Origin: Chrysomallon squamiferum
Taxonomy: Eukaryota > Animalia > Mollusca
Direction of reading: 5' to 3'
Length of the DNA stretch: 64,000 nucleotides
NCBI GenBank assembly: GCA_012295275.1
Contig: CM022670.1
Location: forward strand, 4,712,001 to 4,776,000
The notes beneath the pieces are model-generated. The model saw nothing but the letters and a program-made list of their open reading frames with translations, had not been told where the DNA came from and ran no database searches. Made by a program: the position numbers and the translations under genes. Positions 28,801 through 43,619 of this stretch are shown piece by piece (position 1 is the stretch's first letter; every line of letters begins with the position of its first letter).

Positions 28801-29016
28801 TACTTCTGCACAGAGATTGATGAAGAAAGGACTTGATTTAAAAATATATATAATTATTTTCTTTCTTTACTTTTTGTCTTTTTTAAGAAAAAATAAAATT
28901 AATTATGTAGGTACACACACACACACACACACACATTTTTTACTCATTTGTTCCGTCTTTTTCCTTCCGTTGACTCTATCTCTTGTTCTCTTTTTCTCTT
29001 TATTTCTCTCTCATTC

Positions 29017-29097
<81 letters not shown>

Positions 29098-30278
29098 GTA
29101 TGTATGTGTATGTATGTTACAGACAAAATATATTGCGTCATTTGTTCGAAAGAATGTATGAAACTATAACGTATCACGATGAAGATCGGTGATAAAGACG
29201 ACAACGATGATGACACAAGGATGACGACAGTGATGCCGGTGATTTATTGAATATTACGATAATATGCAACCTACATTCACAATAATAGATATCTTATCAT
29301 TTTCAAATAAACGTTTTTTTTCACAAATATATCAACTAATGCCAGTTTTTATTGTTCAGTTTTCTTCGTTTACGGACATCTTCAATGACCACGATGTCAA
29401 AGCACCACCTCGTTCTTAGACGCGCCTCTAAGGTGTACTACATTCGTATCACTAGCAAAGTGCCTGATTAATCCCAGCTGGTCACGACATTAAATCAGCA
29501 GTCTTTGTGTTTCATTTTACGGCAACTCTAAACGATTCGCGTTGTGTCGTTTCGGAAACAAGCGAGCGATCGCTTTTCCTTGGATTTCCATGAAATTCTT
29601 TTTAATTTGTCTCATTTAGAAACCCCAGGAAGTTGATAGAACATTTGATATTCGAGGCTCGGGTTTCGGAACATGGCCGGCGCGTATTCCAATAAAAACA
29701 AAATAATACAGGGGAGAAGAGACGGGAGTTTAATGAGTTCAAAGGAAGTCAGATGGTTGAATGAACTGGAGGTTAACATGTAGCTAACTTTTAACGGTTT
29801 TACAAATCCTGTGATGAAATTAGATGTGTGATTAAAGAAAATATCTACGCTCAGATAGATATTTGTCTACGTTCATCTGAAATGGATAGACAGACAGACA
29901 TAATCAGACAGACAGAGACACAGATACAGATACACTTACTAATGCAAATACAAATTAAGAAGTATTCAAATGGAAAAGTAATTTATATTTTTATAAATTT
30001 ATAATCAACAAACGATGCACAAACGAAGATGTTTATTATTATCATTGCTGTTGTTGCTTTTGTTGTTTTTCTGTAACAATATTTTATGTTCGTTAATTTA
30101 TTATACTCTGTCTTTTCAGTTAAGCACACAAAGCGATAAATTTATTTGTTTTTTTTTGTGTTGTTTGCTTTGTTGTTTGTAGCGCTATGCACTTAGCAAT
30201 GTTTAACTTCAGATTATTTATGTTAAAGTGACAGATGGAGGAATTTTCATGTGTAAATATGTACTTAACATCTGGTTG

Positions 30279-30324
<46 letters not shown>

Positions 30325-30571
30325 GTTTAGTTTTAAAATATCTGTGTATTAAAGCGAAATAAATATTATCGGATATTACGTTAATGTAATCACATAATGA
30401 AATGTATACATTTTTTTTCATTTTCCTGTTTTTCTGTTTTTGTCTGTTGCAGTATCATTTTGTGAGGTTACCTTTTTTGCACTCATCTTGTTCGTATTAT
30501 TTCATTTTGATTTCTGTCTGTGTTTCTCATCTGATATTTTTCTCTTCGTTCATAAATTCTCTTACATAAGC

Positions 30572-30745
<174 letters not shown>

Positions 30746-31402
30746 GATCTATCGCTAAAGTTTTTATCCTTCCTCTCTCATCTTTCAATTAAAGAAAAAT
30801 GTGGACAGGAATCTGAGATCTTTCTTCCACCAGCGCTTTAAATGTTCAATTTCGTTACTTTAATGGCTGACTTGACTGGCACGTGCAGGTGTGTGCGTGC
30901 TGAACACGCTTAACAAACTGACATTTTGCACGTGCTGTTTGTTGCCAGAACAATGGTAACGCTAATAAAAAGGACTACCTTACTCTGTTAAGTTTTTTCT
31001 TTCTTGCGTATTTCTGGTTTGATTTTTGATGCTTTCTTTTATGAATGTGTAAATTGTAACAAAGAGGTAATTCTCAAAGCGTCTGAGTTCTAGGATTTCC
31101 TATGCAAGCCTTAATTGATGATTTAAATGTCTTGTTAATTTGTTGCTATTTTGCAAATACACCTTTGAAGGCTGCACCTAAATTTATCCATTTTGAAATT
31201 CACATGCCAAGCTTCGAAAAAAAAAAAAATATATATTATTTATTGACTGTAGGTTGTTGGGGTTAAGATAACCTCTGATTTATGAGAATTATAATTATTA
31301 TCCTCGCATCATCATACCATCCATCGATCCATCTATCTGTACCTTTATCTGTTTCTGCTTGTCTGTATGTATCTATTTTATTTTTTTAAATTATTATTAT
31401 TA

Positions 31403-31462
<60 letters not shown>

Positions 31463-32291
31463 AAAAGAAGAAAGAGAAAAAGAAGGAGAAGAAGAAGAAG
31501 AATTAGATAATAACATATAAATTATTTTTTTATATTATATTTTCAGACAGGGTAAATCCACAGCTGCAATTAAAAGACTAGACGAAAGCTAGTAGTACAA
31601 AGAATTTTTTAGAAAATTAGAAAATAGAATAACATCTCAAGTTCTAATAAAATGACGTATTAACTGACCCTCACGCTATTGTCACACCTAGGTTAAAAGT
31701 TTGCTGATGCCCAGTTATTTATTGTCAGTTCTTTGAAGAAAAGAGCAAGCGCTAAGTCTTTAGAAGAGTAAGCCTTGCAGAGTTGTCTCCCATATTCTCA
31801 GAAGAAATTGTTTGCTACTTATTATTATTATTATTATTATTATTACTCATTGTTACTGAATAAAATTCATTTCTTTTTTCTTCTTTTTCTTCTAATACAT
31901 TTTCTTCTTTTTTTTCTTTTTTTTTTCTTTTTTAAAAATTTTTATTTTTTTAGTTTATTGATTTATTTTATTTTTATTTATTAAAACGACATTTTCTTTT
32001 TTTTTGTTTATTGCTGTTTTTTTTTATTTTATTTGTTTATTTTCATTTTATCAAAACGACAGTATTTCAGTGTTTTTTTAATGCAAAACAAAAAAACAGT
32101 CGTCAATAAAATAAAGTATTTCAGTGTTAAAGATTTTGTAATTCTGTTTTTGAGTTATCTCCCCTTTAATTCAAATTTTATAAAACGAGTCTATTTTGTA
32201 TCTACTAATATACTATTTTGGTTTGAAAATAAAACATTTCTTAAAAAAGTCTACAAAATCGCCTAAATTATGGCCTGTGTCACCAGTGTAG

Positions 32292-32311
32292 AAAAAGGTT
32301 GCCCATGCCTG
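32292..32311 (-). mobile_element. Possible hAT/Charlie-type terminal inverted repeat remnant
   Basis: The minus strand reads CAGGCATGGGCAACCTTTTT, resembling hAT-family termini of the CAGGGGTGGGCAACC type (recalled, not searched). No matching opposite end was found. Confidence 0.35.
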
Positions 32312-32494
32312 TCTTAAATCACGCACACGCACAAAAAGAGGAAGCAGCTATTATTAAAAAAAATAATAATAATAAACAAATCTTGTCTGGAAATGGAGCT
32401 GTTCTGTTTAAACGATTTGAACTACTACTGCTGTAGCTGCTGCTGCTTCTTCTCTACTACAACTACTACTGCTACTAGCATTAATATCAGTATT

Positions 32495-32648
32495 AGTAGT
32501 TGTAGTAGTAGTAGTAGTAGTAGTAGTAGCAGCAGCAGTAGCAGTAGCAGCAGCAGCAGTAGTAGTAGCAGTAGCAGTAGTAGTAACAGCAGCAGCTGAA
32601 GTATTATTATTATCATCCTCAGTTTGCTATATTTTCTTTCTTTCTTTC

Positions 32649-32688
<40 letters not shown>

Positions 32689-32706
32689 TTATTTACTTAC
32701 TTATTT

Positions 32707-32738
<32 letters not shown>

Positions 32739-32787
32739 GCTTTTTTAATTTAATTTTATTCATTCATTCGTTCATTCATTCATTCAT

Positions 32788-32830
<43 letters not shown>

Positions 32831-32840
32831 TTCATTTATT
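32495..32840. repeat. (AGT/AGC)n followed by (TTTA)n low-complexity block
   Basis: Direct reading. Confidence 0.9.
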
Positions 32841-33466
32841 TATTGCTATTACAACTGATATTATTGTTTCTGGTGGTGGTGGATCAGCGAATAACTGTAA
32901 TTAATGTATTAAGCGTACATTCTTTAATACAAGTGATATTTAAATTGCTGTCAAGCTGTTTGAGGTAAAACAGCCGAACTACTACAATTCATCGCTTCGC
33001 TTTGACAAGGGACATAAGTCATACTCATAAATATAAAGGTACGCTTTCAGAGTTATTCATCGTAACTGGCATTTCAGTGTAATAATTTTCTGGCTAATTT
33101 ATTTAATTCCATAATAATAGGTAAAAAGGTGAATAAAACTGATACAGGAAGCAGTAAATATACATACATATGAAATAAACCCTTTATTATATTGTTTTCA
33201 TATACCAACAATGAAAAAGTATTGAAAATATACAAGTATTTTTTGGCATTAATAATAAACACATATAATTATTGTATTAATACAATTAACAAAAATAAAT
33301 AAACGAAAAATAAATAAAGAAATAAAGAAGTAAAGAAATAAACAGCCCAGTTGAAATGTACTGAAAATAAAGGCAAATAAAAAAAACAAGAAGCAAAATG
33401 AAAGATAATAAAAATAAACTAAAATTGGTGACTGTAAGAGAAAGTATCATTTCTTTTGGGGATTTT

Positions 33467-34566
33467 TTAAACATTTATTTTAGACTCTATTTTTTTGTTT
33501 GCCTGCTTCCTCCACAATACATCATGAGGCCATTTCATAAAATTATCCTTCTTCAGTTCTTCCTTTGGTGAAATGGGATCAAACGGAACATAATTCAACT
33601 TAACCATGTGTTCCAAAAACAGTTTTCCTTTAGCATTTCTGTGAAAATTCCACTCCAGCAAAATTCCTTTAACGTCCACCTCCAAGAGAAATTTCGATCC
33701 GCCCCTGATGACCTTAACCTCAAAACTCTCCACATCAATTTTTATAAAAGCTTTCTTAAATCTCAAGAAAGGCAAAATATCGTCCAGCATTGCTGTGTGG
33801 AAAGACATCGGTTCCTGACACGGGGAAGTGGAAATATTTGACTGAACACCGATATCGGGCACTGAGCATGTCCATTGGTTTTAAGGGCCATTATTTCATG
33901 ACCGTCGGAAAAGGGATTGAAAAAGATTATCACATTGTCGGTTAATCCGCCTCTTTGAACGGATTTACAAAGTCGCAACAGGTTACCGACAAGAAGGTCT
34001 ATTGCAATCACCTGTCTGCCTGTTTTCGCAATATTTAAAGCGAAAATTCCAATGTGAGACCCTATGTCAAGAAAACCGATTTCTGGATCGTCCTTGATTT
34101 CATCTAAAACTAAATTTACGAGTTCTGATTCCCAGGACTGGTTCTTGCTCAGTTTCGCTGAAAGCCTGTAGTCTTTTCGTGGATCGTGGAGAAATATCGG
34201 AGTCTGCCCGGCTGTCGTGTTCAGAATCACGCAGTGAGGAAGATCCGTCCATTTACAAAAATTAATTTCTTCATTCCACTGGTTCCCGTTCCATCTGTAA
34301 ACGGGAGTTTGGCCTGTTGGAAAAGACTCTTGTTTTGTGTATAACTTCTGTTCAAAGAAGACGTCTTTCTCTTGTTCCATCAAAACGCCACCTTCTTGCA
34401 TGTCTTCCACAGTTAACTCCCTTTGTCTGATCTCGTGTAACAGATCGTCTTCGCTGAGTGGCGAATGTTGAGACAGAAATATTGCATGCTCTGCTAACAG
34501 CGTTACCATAACAACCGCGATGATTTTCCCAACTGAAACGAGGGGGATTCTTCGTTTGACTGACAT
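33467..34566 (-). CDS. FkbM-family (Methyltransf_21-like) SAM-dependent methyltransferase with N-terminal signal anchor, about 366 aa, split by one 1-nt frameshift
   Basis: The 5' ORF has a basic tail plus hydrophobic segment (KRRIPLVSVGKIIAVVMVTLLA) and motif I FLDIGSHIG. The 3' ORF has LDDIL...FIKIDVESFE...ILLEW. Adding one base at the G4 run 33822-33825 joins them (…IFPLPPCQEPMSFHTAMLDDIL…). An acceptor CTCTTTCCATTTCAG| lies at 34596/34595, and a candidate AATAAA at 33188-33183. Confidence 0.85.
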
Positions 34567-35264
34567 TTTTTTTGTTGTTAGACAAAAGAGGAATTCTGAA
34601 ATGGAAAGAGGGATGAAGTGATGGTTTTTTTAAAATTTTGGTCTGGTAAATTATTATTTATGGAAACTAAAATCATAAATTCAAATAGGTTTCGTCCTTT
34701 AAAAATATATTATTACGTAAACATAGATGTAGCTTTTAGAACTAAATTGTGCACTGAGTCAAACAATCACAAACATGACATATTGACACAGGTATACGCA
34801 TTATGAGCATATTGAAATAATTCAAATATATATTTAAGATGAATAACTCTGTAATCACATCGTTTTGTGAGACAGCAGGATTTGCTTCCCCTTAAGTTAT
34901 CGTTTCTACTTCAAATTTACGTGGGTGGGTGTGAGTATGTGCGTTACGTGCGACTTAACATCGAATTATTAATTAAAACAAAAAGTTAATCCACCAGTAA
35001 ATTACAAAATAAATTTTTAAAAAAGCAATATGTTATAAAACAAAACGAAAAGTCAACTTACTACTTTTTTTATATATAATAAAAAATCAAATAACAAATG
35101 AATTATAAAATAATAAATTTAACTTATGAATGTATTGTAAAATAAAACAATATCTCAGTTAACTAGCATAAACAAAAATAAAAATACAGAATATGTGTAT
35201 TATAAAACAAAACAAAACATTTATTTTCTAGTACACTGTATTATGAAACAAAGCATCAACTTAC

Positions 35265-35450
35265 CAATATATTATACACCTACCACATTCGAGTGGTAAC
35301 AGTAAACCAAGCGACGCATTCTTCTTGACTAAACACTTATTTAATTTTCACTGTTAACTGTTTCATTTACTTTTTTGGTCAAAAGGAAAACCGTACACGT
35401 TTCAGCACATAACAGCTTTAATTATCAGCCAGTATCGTCTTCGTATACAA
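35265..35450 (-). other. Putative non-coding first exon of the methyltransferase gene (intron 34596-35264)
   Basis: Minus-strand donor TTG|GTAAGT at 35265/35264, at the edge of a unique-sequence island. The upstream limit is a guess. Confidence 0.4.
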
Positions 35451-35814
35451 AACAGCCCTGTCATTTACACCATCTAATTACCAGGGTAATTTTCCTGCAT
35501 GTAAAATAGCAGTAGCCTATGGGTTTTACGTAACTACCTACAAGTAACTGGAGGCTATGTTATGTTTTCGTTTTATCAAAACAAGCAGGTTTTTAAAAGT
35601 TAGGGTCCACTTCTGCCTGAAGCTACAGTGAAGCTAAACGTTATTTCCATCTTCGTAACACAGTGTAACATAAAAGGAACAGGTTTGATGTGTGTACGTG
35701 TGTGATATGACTTGGACAGGTGAGATAAATGTGTATGTTGATGGGTTAAAGCTGTTACTGCTAAAATGAGTTACCACGTTTGATATTTGTAAAATAACCA
35801 TAACAAAGTCTCAG

Positions 35815-35849
<35 letters not shown>

Positions 35850-35858
35850 TTATCTCTT

Positions 35859-35906
<48 letters not shown>

Positions 35907-36228
35907 GCTCTCTCTCTCTCTCTCTCAGGGTCTTTAGCACTTCATGTGTGTAAGCATATATAACCTTTTGGGGTTTTTTATTCTGTCAAACTTTAGTATA
36001 GTACTAAAAGTAATCGTGTGTACATACACATTCGACTAATTTTCGTTATTATAGCATATCATTCGCAGTGCAGTGAACGCAAAAGACAGCTGATTAATAG
36101 CCGTGTAAAAGGAATTTATTAATTATTTAAAAATAAAAATAAAATATCATTAATAATTGTACTAATGCATGTGTGTATGTGTGTTGTGTGTGTATTGTGT
36201 GTGTCTGTATGTGTGTGTGTTGTGTGTA

Positions 36229-36284
<56 letters not shown>

Positions 36285-37051
36285 GTGTATGTTTCTATAA
36301 TCGCACGTTTTTGTCCTAACAAATTTTATTTTATTTTATTTTATATTATTTTTTTATTTTTTTATTTTATTTTTTTTATGTTGTTGTTGTTTTTCTGAAG
36401 GCATCAATTCTCGGTCTTTGATAATCAAACGTATGAGATGGTAAATAAAATAATTCAAACCATCTGAAGATTTATTCAGTAACCCTTCTGGCCTCAGAAT
36501 GCGCTACAGCATTTAATACTATTACCACTGAACATTACGAAAAAAAAAAAAAAAAAGAAGAAGAAAAGAAGTAATAAAATCAAAATATCTATATTTTATG
36601 TTCTAGTACCATGCAGTTACACACAGATATAGTGTCCGCGTTTTTGAATCTTTTACAAAGACATCATGCAGTATGTGGCAAAGGACAGAATTCAAATGTT
36701 GAAATGTTTATCAATGACAAAAATGGTATGTCCGACCGTCTGTTCAGGATTCGATCAGGAGTTGTGTTCAAACAGTGAAACAGCCCAGCAATGCTCCGAA
36801 ACTATTCGTGTCGTCTGCAGGTTGGCGCCATATTTCTCTATCTACCTGGAATCTACGTGGAGAATCTGTCGACTAAAGAAGCCGATAATCCCGGGCCCTG
36901 CTTACAACTCTCCCCGCTACAACAACCTGTGTGCTAAGCCCGCTCTGCACGTGGCTTGGATACCTTCCCCCGTCTGCGTGTTGACAGGTGATATACACTG
37001 TGAGACAAATCTAGACAAAGAAGAATGCTAGAAAGAAAGAAAGAGAAAGTT

Positions 37052-37132
<81 letters not shown>

Positions 37133-37410
37133 CATAGACAGAGTTAGTTTTAGTGAGTAGTTTCAAAGCAAACAAAATACGAATCGCTATATTAAAATAA
37201 TTTTCAGTATAAGTGCGTTCATAAAAAAAACAAAAAGAAAAGAATAATGGTTTATCAATATGGGTTGTATTAGAAGACTGTAAAATAATCACTGATATTT
37301 AATATAAAATGAAGAAAATAAATAAAGGTATGCTGAAGAAGAATCAATGAACGTAAGATCGAAAAAATTAATCTTGACATCAATTTCAAGATGTTATCGT
37401 AATTATGTTT

Positions 37411-37461
<51 letters not shown>

Positions 37462-37953
37462 ACGTATCCTCATTCCTTCACATATGCATATATAAATTAT
37501 ATCTATTCACAAACACATGCAGAAACATGCAAACATCAAAGTACTCATTACGGATAATTTTCCCTCGAGTATCTTCATTCACAAAACGACTCTAATAAAC
37601 GTTATGTACGGGACTTCTGAAGACATATATGTGTTGATGCTTATCAGAGATCAGGTAGAGGGCTTCACCTGCTGGTAATGATAATGGATAAACAAGAGAT
37701 AGTCTCAATCGAGCAGTCACGAAAGCTTTGGCTGCGAGGTTCCAGATTTCACAAACAGATTACGCCATCTGCTGTCAGCGGCAGATTGGTCACTGGAGTG
37801 TGAGGAGAAATACCCACGTAAACGCGAATGATTTACAACAATGAGCTAATCAATGGAAGAATGAATTAGTGGATCGGTTACTGATTTATAATATATCAAT
37901 AGGAAAAAAAAAAGAATGAATTAGTGACTGAATGACCGAAGAAGAAGGAAGAA

Positions 37954-38001
<48 letters not shown>

Positions 38002-38137
38002 AGAGATTCAACTTGCTTTTTGTTGTTATTTTTGTTTTACAGCGGCTTTTGGACATCAGCAGAATTATATATAAGAATGAATATGTGTTGTTTTTTTTTT
38101 TTTTTTTTGCCATATTGTTCAAAGATTACATGTTATT

Positions 38138-38177
<40 letters not shown>

Positions 38178-39171
38178 TTTTTTTTTTTTTTTTTTTTTTT
38201 GTTATTATTATTATTATTCACTTGTCTGAAACCCTACTTAACACTCAGATATTTCTGCAAACTCTTTGTATACGACACATATAAAGTTTCCGACAATATC
38301 GCAAGTTTGTTTTATATACTTTATTATTAGCTGTACCACTTTGTTTCTTCGAAGATTACCTTTATTTTCTTCTTAAGGATAACAAGCACTTTTCGTCTTA
38401 ACTCTTTTTGATGTAAATAATCACTTGTCATCGGACTCAACATCCAAAGGACCATTACTGCAATTACCATCCCAGTCTTGTCAAAGTAATCGCGTCTTCT
38501 TGGCACTTTCAGAAAAAGTCGTTTTTTAGTCCATTCTTCCAGCGCCGCTAACGGTTTTGACATGTCAATTTAACCGAATGTCGGTTAGACGGGAAAACTG
38601 TCGTCTGAACGGCGGCATCCATTGTCGCGTTCAAATGTGGGATGTCGCATCGCGCGCTCGGGAACTGATTAGTTCTGACAGTCAGTGTTGTAGCTTTGTT
38701 TGTGATTCTTTGTATGTAATGTTTAGATTACACGTTGTTCTTTTTTTAATACACGTTATTTACCTGAATATTAAGGTTAAAATATGGCCACAGTTTTCTT
38801 AACAAGAATGAATGTAAATTGGATTCCTAGCGTCTGATTTTAAAGATTACACAGTCTGTCATTCTGTGATCGGTTAAGCCGCCTTCAGCTTCTCTGTTTG
38901 TTACTTTATGTTATCTACAAAACGAATATCATACATTATTATAATCCGTGTTCTCTGTATTTAAGACAAACTGTCCCATTTACTTCAATAATTGAAGGAT
39001 GAGGCATCTAACTTGAGGTCCGTGGAAAAGTGCATATAGAAGATTATTTATCGCTAATAATAAGAGAAGTACATAACTAGTGTAACAACAACGGGTTTCT
39101 CTTCTTCATAACAAGATTATTTTAAATTAAAAATGAACGAATTGTGTTTTTCATTCTTTTTATTATTTATA

Positions 39172-39203
<32 letters not shown>

Positions 39204-40686
39204 TTTTTTTTTTTTTTTTTTTTTTTTTTCTATTTTAAATATTTCGAATTAATTGTCTTCTCTTCATTTTACACCCATTACCTTTACCCTGGTGGTATGT
39301 ATTTTTGATTTTATTAGTTGAAAACAGTGCAGTGAAATTTAAACTGTCCAGACACTGCTGATATCCGGACAGATGGACCTGGTTCCCTCAAATAGACTTT
39401 TATTTCCTACTTGATTAAACACGCACAGTACAGTCGCACACAGTCAGTCTGGACGCGACATGAACTCACACCTGTCCGCGTTTTGGTCTCAGCTTGCTTG
39501 ATAAACATTCCAACTTTTGATGGCGGTTTCACCCATTGTCGCCCGTGCACACGAAATCTGGCGAATCAGTCGGCAAGCTCCCGCTTTTATTACGGAATTT
39601 CCTGCATGACTTGACGTAAAAGAGAGCCAGTATTTTAACAATTAACACTAGACAATGAACTCCAGATCAATTACAATAAATAAAAGGGAATCCCTAGTCT
39701 CTGCGGACTAAAAACCGGTGCAGGGAAAACAACGACCTGTGAAATAAATGGGATTTTAATGAAGTGTAACAGATAATAAACTTCCTTTAAACAACCATTA
39801 TTAGCGGTTGGGCTAAACTCCGGACCTGAAGTCATTGACGCATATACGCGGAAACAGCAAAAACCACGGATCTGGAATTTGTTACAATGAGATGACAATA
39901 CAATGAAAAATATTTTATAATATAAAAAAATTTGAGAGACATGTATGTCTGCGGTGTATAAACAATTTGATATATGTTATATTTTATACTTTTTATATGT
40001 GTGTTCAAAAGTCGAGTGGATTCAACCATGGAGATTTTTCACTTGCAACATGGCATAAATATTTAAATCAAGAGCTTGGTTTATATGGTAATTTTACTTA
40101 ATATGTTACAGCATTAAGATTACTCATTTAGAAACAGTCATTAACATAGCGATCTCACACTGTTTTTAATATTAATATTATTACTGACAAGCAGTTTCTT
40201 CCAGAATAATGACACCAGAGAAGAAATATGTTTCGGTCACATCACAGTCGATATTTTATCAGTAAAATTTATTTTATAAATTTGCACTTTGCCACAGACG
40301 ACAGTGTATAAAAATACACTAAGGTTTTTATTAAATCAGTCAAAACAACGCATCGCCAAGGAACGAGCCTGCAGCCTGCCTGAAGAAAAATGTGCCGAAG
40401 ACAGCTTCATCGATTAAAAAATTAATAATGTTTATCCGCTCCGTGATCTGGGTGAAGTCTTAAAGGGGCAGACACGACAAAGATACAACAGATCAGAAGC
40501 CACTTTTCTTTATCTTAAACAAGGTGTTGGCTTACACCCGCAGTTCACAACATGCTTCAGAGATCGCGTAGATTATCATTAGATTAAATAGCTGGTCTGT
40601 GTAATACATGGTTAAGTATATCATGGGGTTTTATATTATTTCTTTCTTTTTCATCATCATTCTTATTCTTATTTTATTATTATTAT

Positions 40687-40738
<52 letters not shown>

Positions 40739-43588
40739 AGCAGTAGTAGTAGTAGTAGTAATAGTAGCACTACTTTTGCTATAGTTATAACTATTGCTCC
40801 GTCTTCTCAAGCTACTACTAGTGGTTATTAATATAGAAGCAGTTTTCTGCTGGACTTGTTTTTATAGGTTTTGGTTGTTGTTGTGTGTTTTTCAGATTAT
40901 CAGTTATTAAGGTTTTGATTTTATTTTGTTTTCAAGGAACATCAAACAAAACACTTTAAAAGGAGAAGAAGAACAGGAAATTGCAGTAAGTTACGAACTG
41001 GAGAAACTTTTTTCAAACGAATCCTATCGCATTGTGCTATACAAACTAACACAGACGCAATATCATACATAAAAATACTGAGACACACACATCGAAAGTC
41101 AGTGAAAAACATATCCAGTTTATACACAAGTATATTGAACGTTTATAGCCATTTCGTGAATGAGTCCTTCAAAGTCCATTATTAGTCTCATCAAAGCCTC
41201 TTTGCCACAATCCGCGATCGCTATACAAAGTCCAACTGTCAGTGGGATTTGAGCTGAAGAATAAACTCGTAAAGTGTCAATAATTATTGTACAGAGGGTG
41301 TTACTGGGTCCATTATGGTTTTGTCCGGCAACAAAGACAGGCACGGAGAAGTTGAGGCTTTCGGGAAAAGCCGTCGTTCACGGTGTCACCCGTTTCAATG
41401 GATTTGTATTTGGAAGCATTGACAGTCCTGTGTTCCCAAACATTACACGGTCCACGAGCATAAAACACTCCGTTCAATATCACAGCATTAACCAGTTGAT
41501 TGAGTGCACCGTTTTCAAGGTGGATTCAGTTTTAACCGTGTAGTAATGATTGGGGATCTTTAAACACGTGTATTGTCAGCATTTTTCTATTATTCTACTT
41601 TTGATTTTTTTTTCTAACGATCTGTTTTCTTTTTACTTGACTTCTTCTATGTGTTTCGTTCATTTTGTGTCTGTATATATATATATGCTGTGAGTGTGTG
41701 CGTGCGTGCGTGCGTGTGTCACTTTGTCGCTCTTTTTTTTTTCTTTCTCTCTCTTCTTTTCCTTTTCGCTCTTGCTTTTTCTTTCTCTGCTCTCTCATAC
41801 TCCCACAAACACTCTCTCTCCTTCTCTCTGTTCCTGAATTTTCAGAAAATGATAATTATTTTAGACAGTAAAATATTTCATATTCATCTGCATTCTAAAT
41901 TTCTGTTATCAGCAGCAGAGTGTAAAAGTATGCAGTAATCTTCCTGTCTATCTGAACAGTTCTATCTGCTTGTCTGTTAATTTGTTTTTCTATTGCTGTG
42001 GCTTTTTTTCCGAGACACACATTATTTCTCACCCACATTCTCTCTGTCGCTTTGTAGTTGTCTGTCTTCGTCTCTATCTTTCTGTCTCTTGCAATATCTC
42101 ACTCGCGTATTTTCACATGTTTTCTCTTGCCACGAAATAATGGGGTTTTGGTGTGGTTTTTTTTAACTCATTTAAATTTGAAATAACTGTGAAAATGTGA
42201 AATAACGAGCTCTTTGTTAAACTCGTTTATCACGAATAAAGAATAAATGAAAATATATTAATTCGACTGTTTTATAACCTACGTATACCACAGGACGATG
42301 TGAAAGATACGAAATGGGACGAATTATTTTAATATAATCTGAGTAAAAAATAAAATAATTACGGCATATCCTGAAATGTATCTTTACCACTGAAAAAGAA
42401 AAAACTAAAATTATTTTGCTGTATATATATTTTTTTCTATTTAATTTGTTTTCTTTTTTCTTTTCTTTAATTTTCTTTTATTTGATTTGACTTTTAATTC
42501 CATTCCCCCTTTGGTATGTTATTTATTTTTTGTTGTTGTTGTTGTTGTTATTTCTTATTTATTATAAAATGTATTTCATTATTTATTTTTATTTTATTTT
42601 TTTATTATTATTATTCAGTTAGTTAGGTTATTCTTATTAATAATTACTTTTATTTTAATTCTATAGCATTAATGAAACAGAAAAAAAGCACGAAGGACAA
42701 ATAAAGAAAAAAAAAAAAAAGATAGCAGAAAAATTAATATAAAAAGAATAAATCGAAGAAACAAATAGAGATATAGCAATACAAAACAATGAATACGAAA
42801 GAGCATACCATTTCTCACAGTAAAAAAATAACAAATAAACAGATAAACGTCTTATTGAATAAATTAGCATATTACATTAGATTGGCAGGTGTGTATTATC
42901 TCTTTATTATTCTCCATTTCTTAAAACACTTAGTCTTTACCCAGAAACCCGATACAAAAACACAGGCAATGAAACTCTTTAACAGTCCTCATGAAACTTT
43001 ATATCTCTTCACTTTCTCTTCTATTTGACTTTCATTAAAACCACCGTGGCTCGTAAAAGACGATCGGTAGAAGAAAAAAAAGCTTCGTGCAGGCGAGTAT
43101 TGAACTGAGCAAAACATTACCATATTTTATTTTGTTGATTCTGGATCGCATTGCTGCCCAGATCACGACAGATAAGATTTTTATTTCCTCACTTTAAGCC
43201 ACGACACGGACGTGGACAAAGACGACTTTCTAGTTAAATGGACGACGCCAGTCTTCGCCTACATAGCAACAGCACTCCCAGTCTTGTGTTCGAGGATTTT
43301 ACTTTCTTTTGGCGAGAGAGCCGCGTCAAGGGAAAACACTCAACGTCTTCAGCGTGTTGCTGTTCCCTAACGCATGTCGGGTGGTTCGCACTCTGTACCT
43401 CACCCTGCAAGATAATAATAATAATATTTATTAAGCAGGTGACTTCTTAGATTTATAAAGTGAATTTATTTTTCTTTAGACTGTTTTTTGTTTGTTTGTC
43501 AAAAATAATCTGAAGTCCTGATGCAGTAATTGGTTGCTTGTTAGCGGGTGACTTCAAATATTCAAATGTAAAAGATCTGGTTTTTAAT

Positions 43589-43619
<31 letters not shown>

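Noticed and set aside
36666-37031. 121-aa Cys-containing ORF
   Set aside because: No recognisable domain, signal peptide or splice context. It is compatible with a chance ORF in a GC-richer island.
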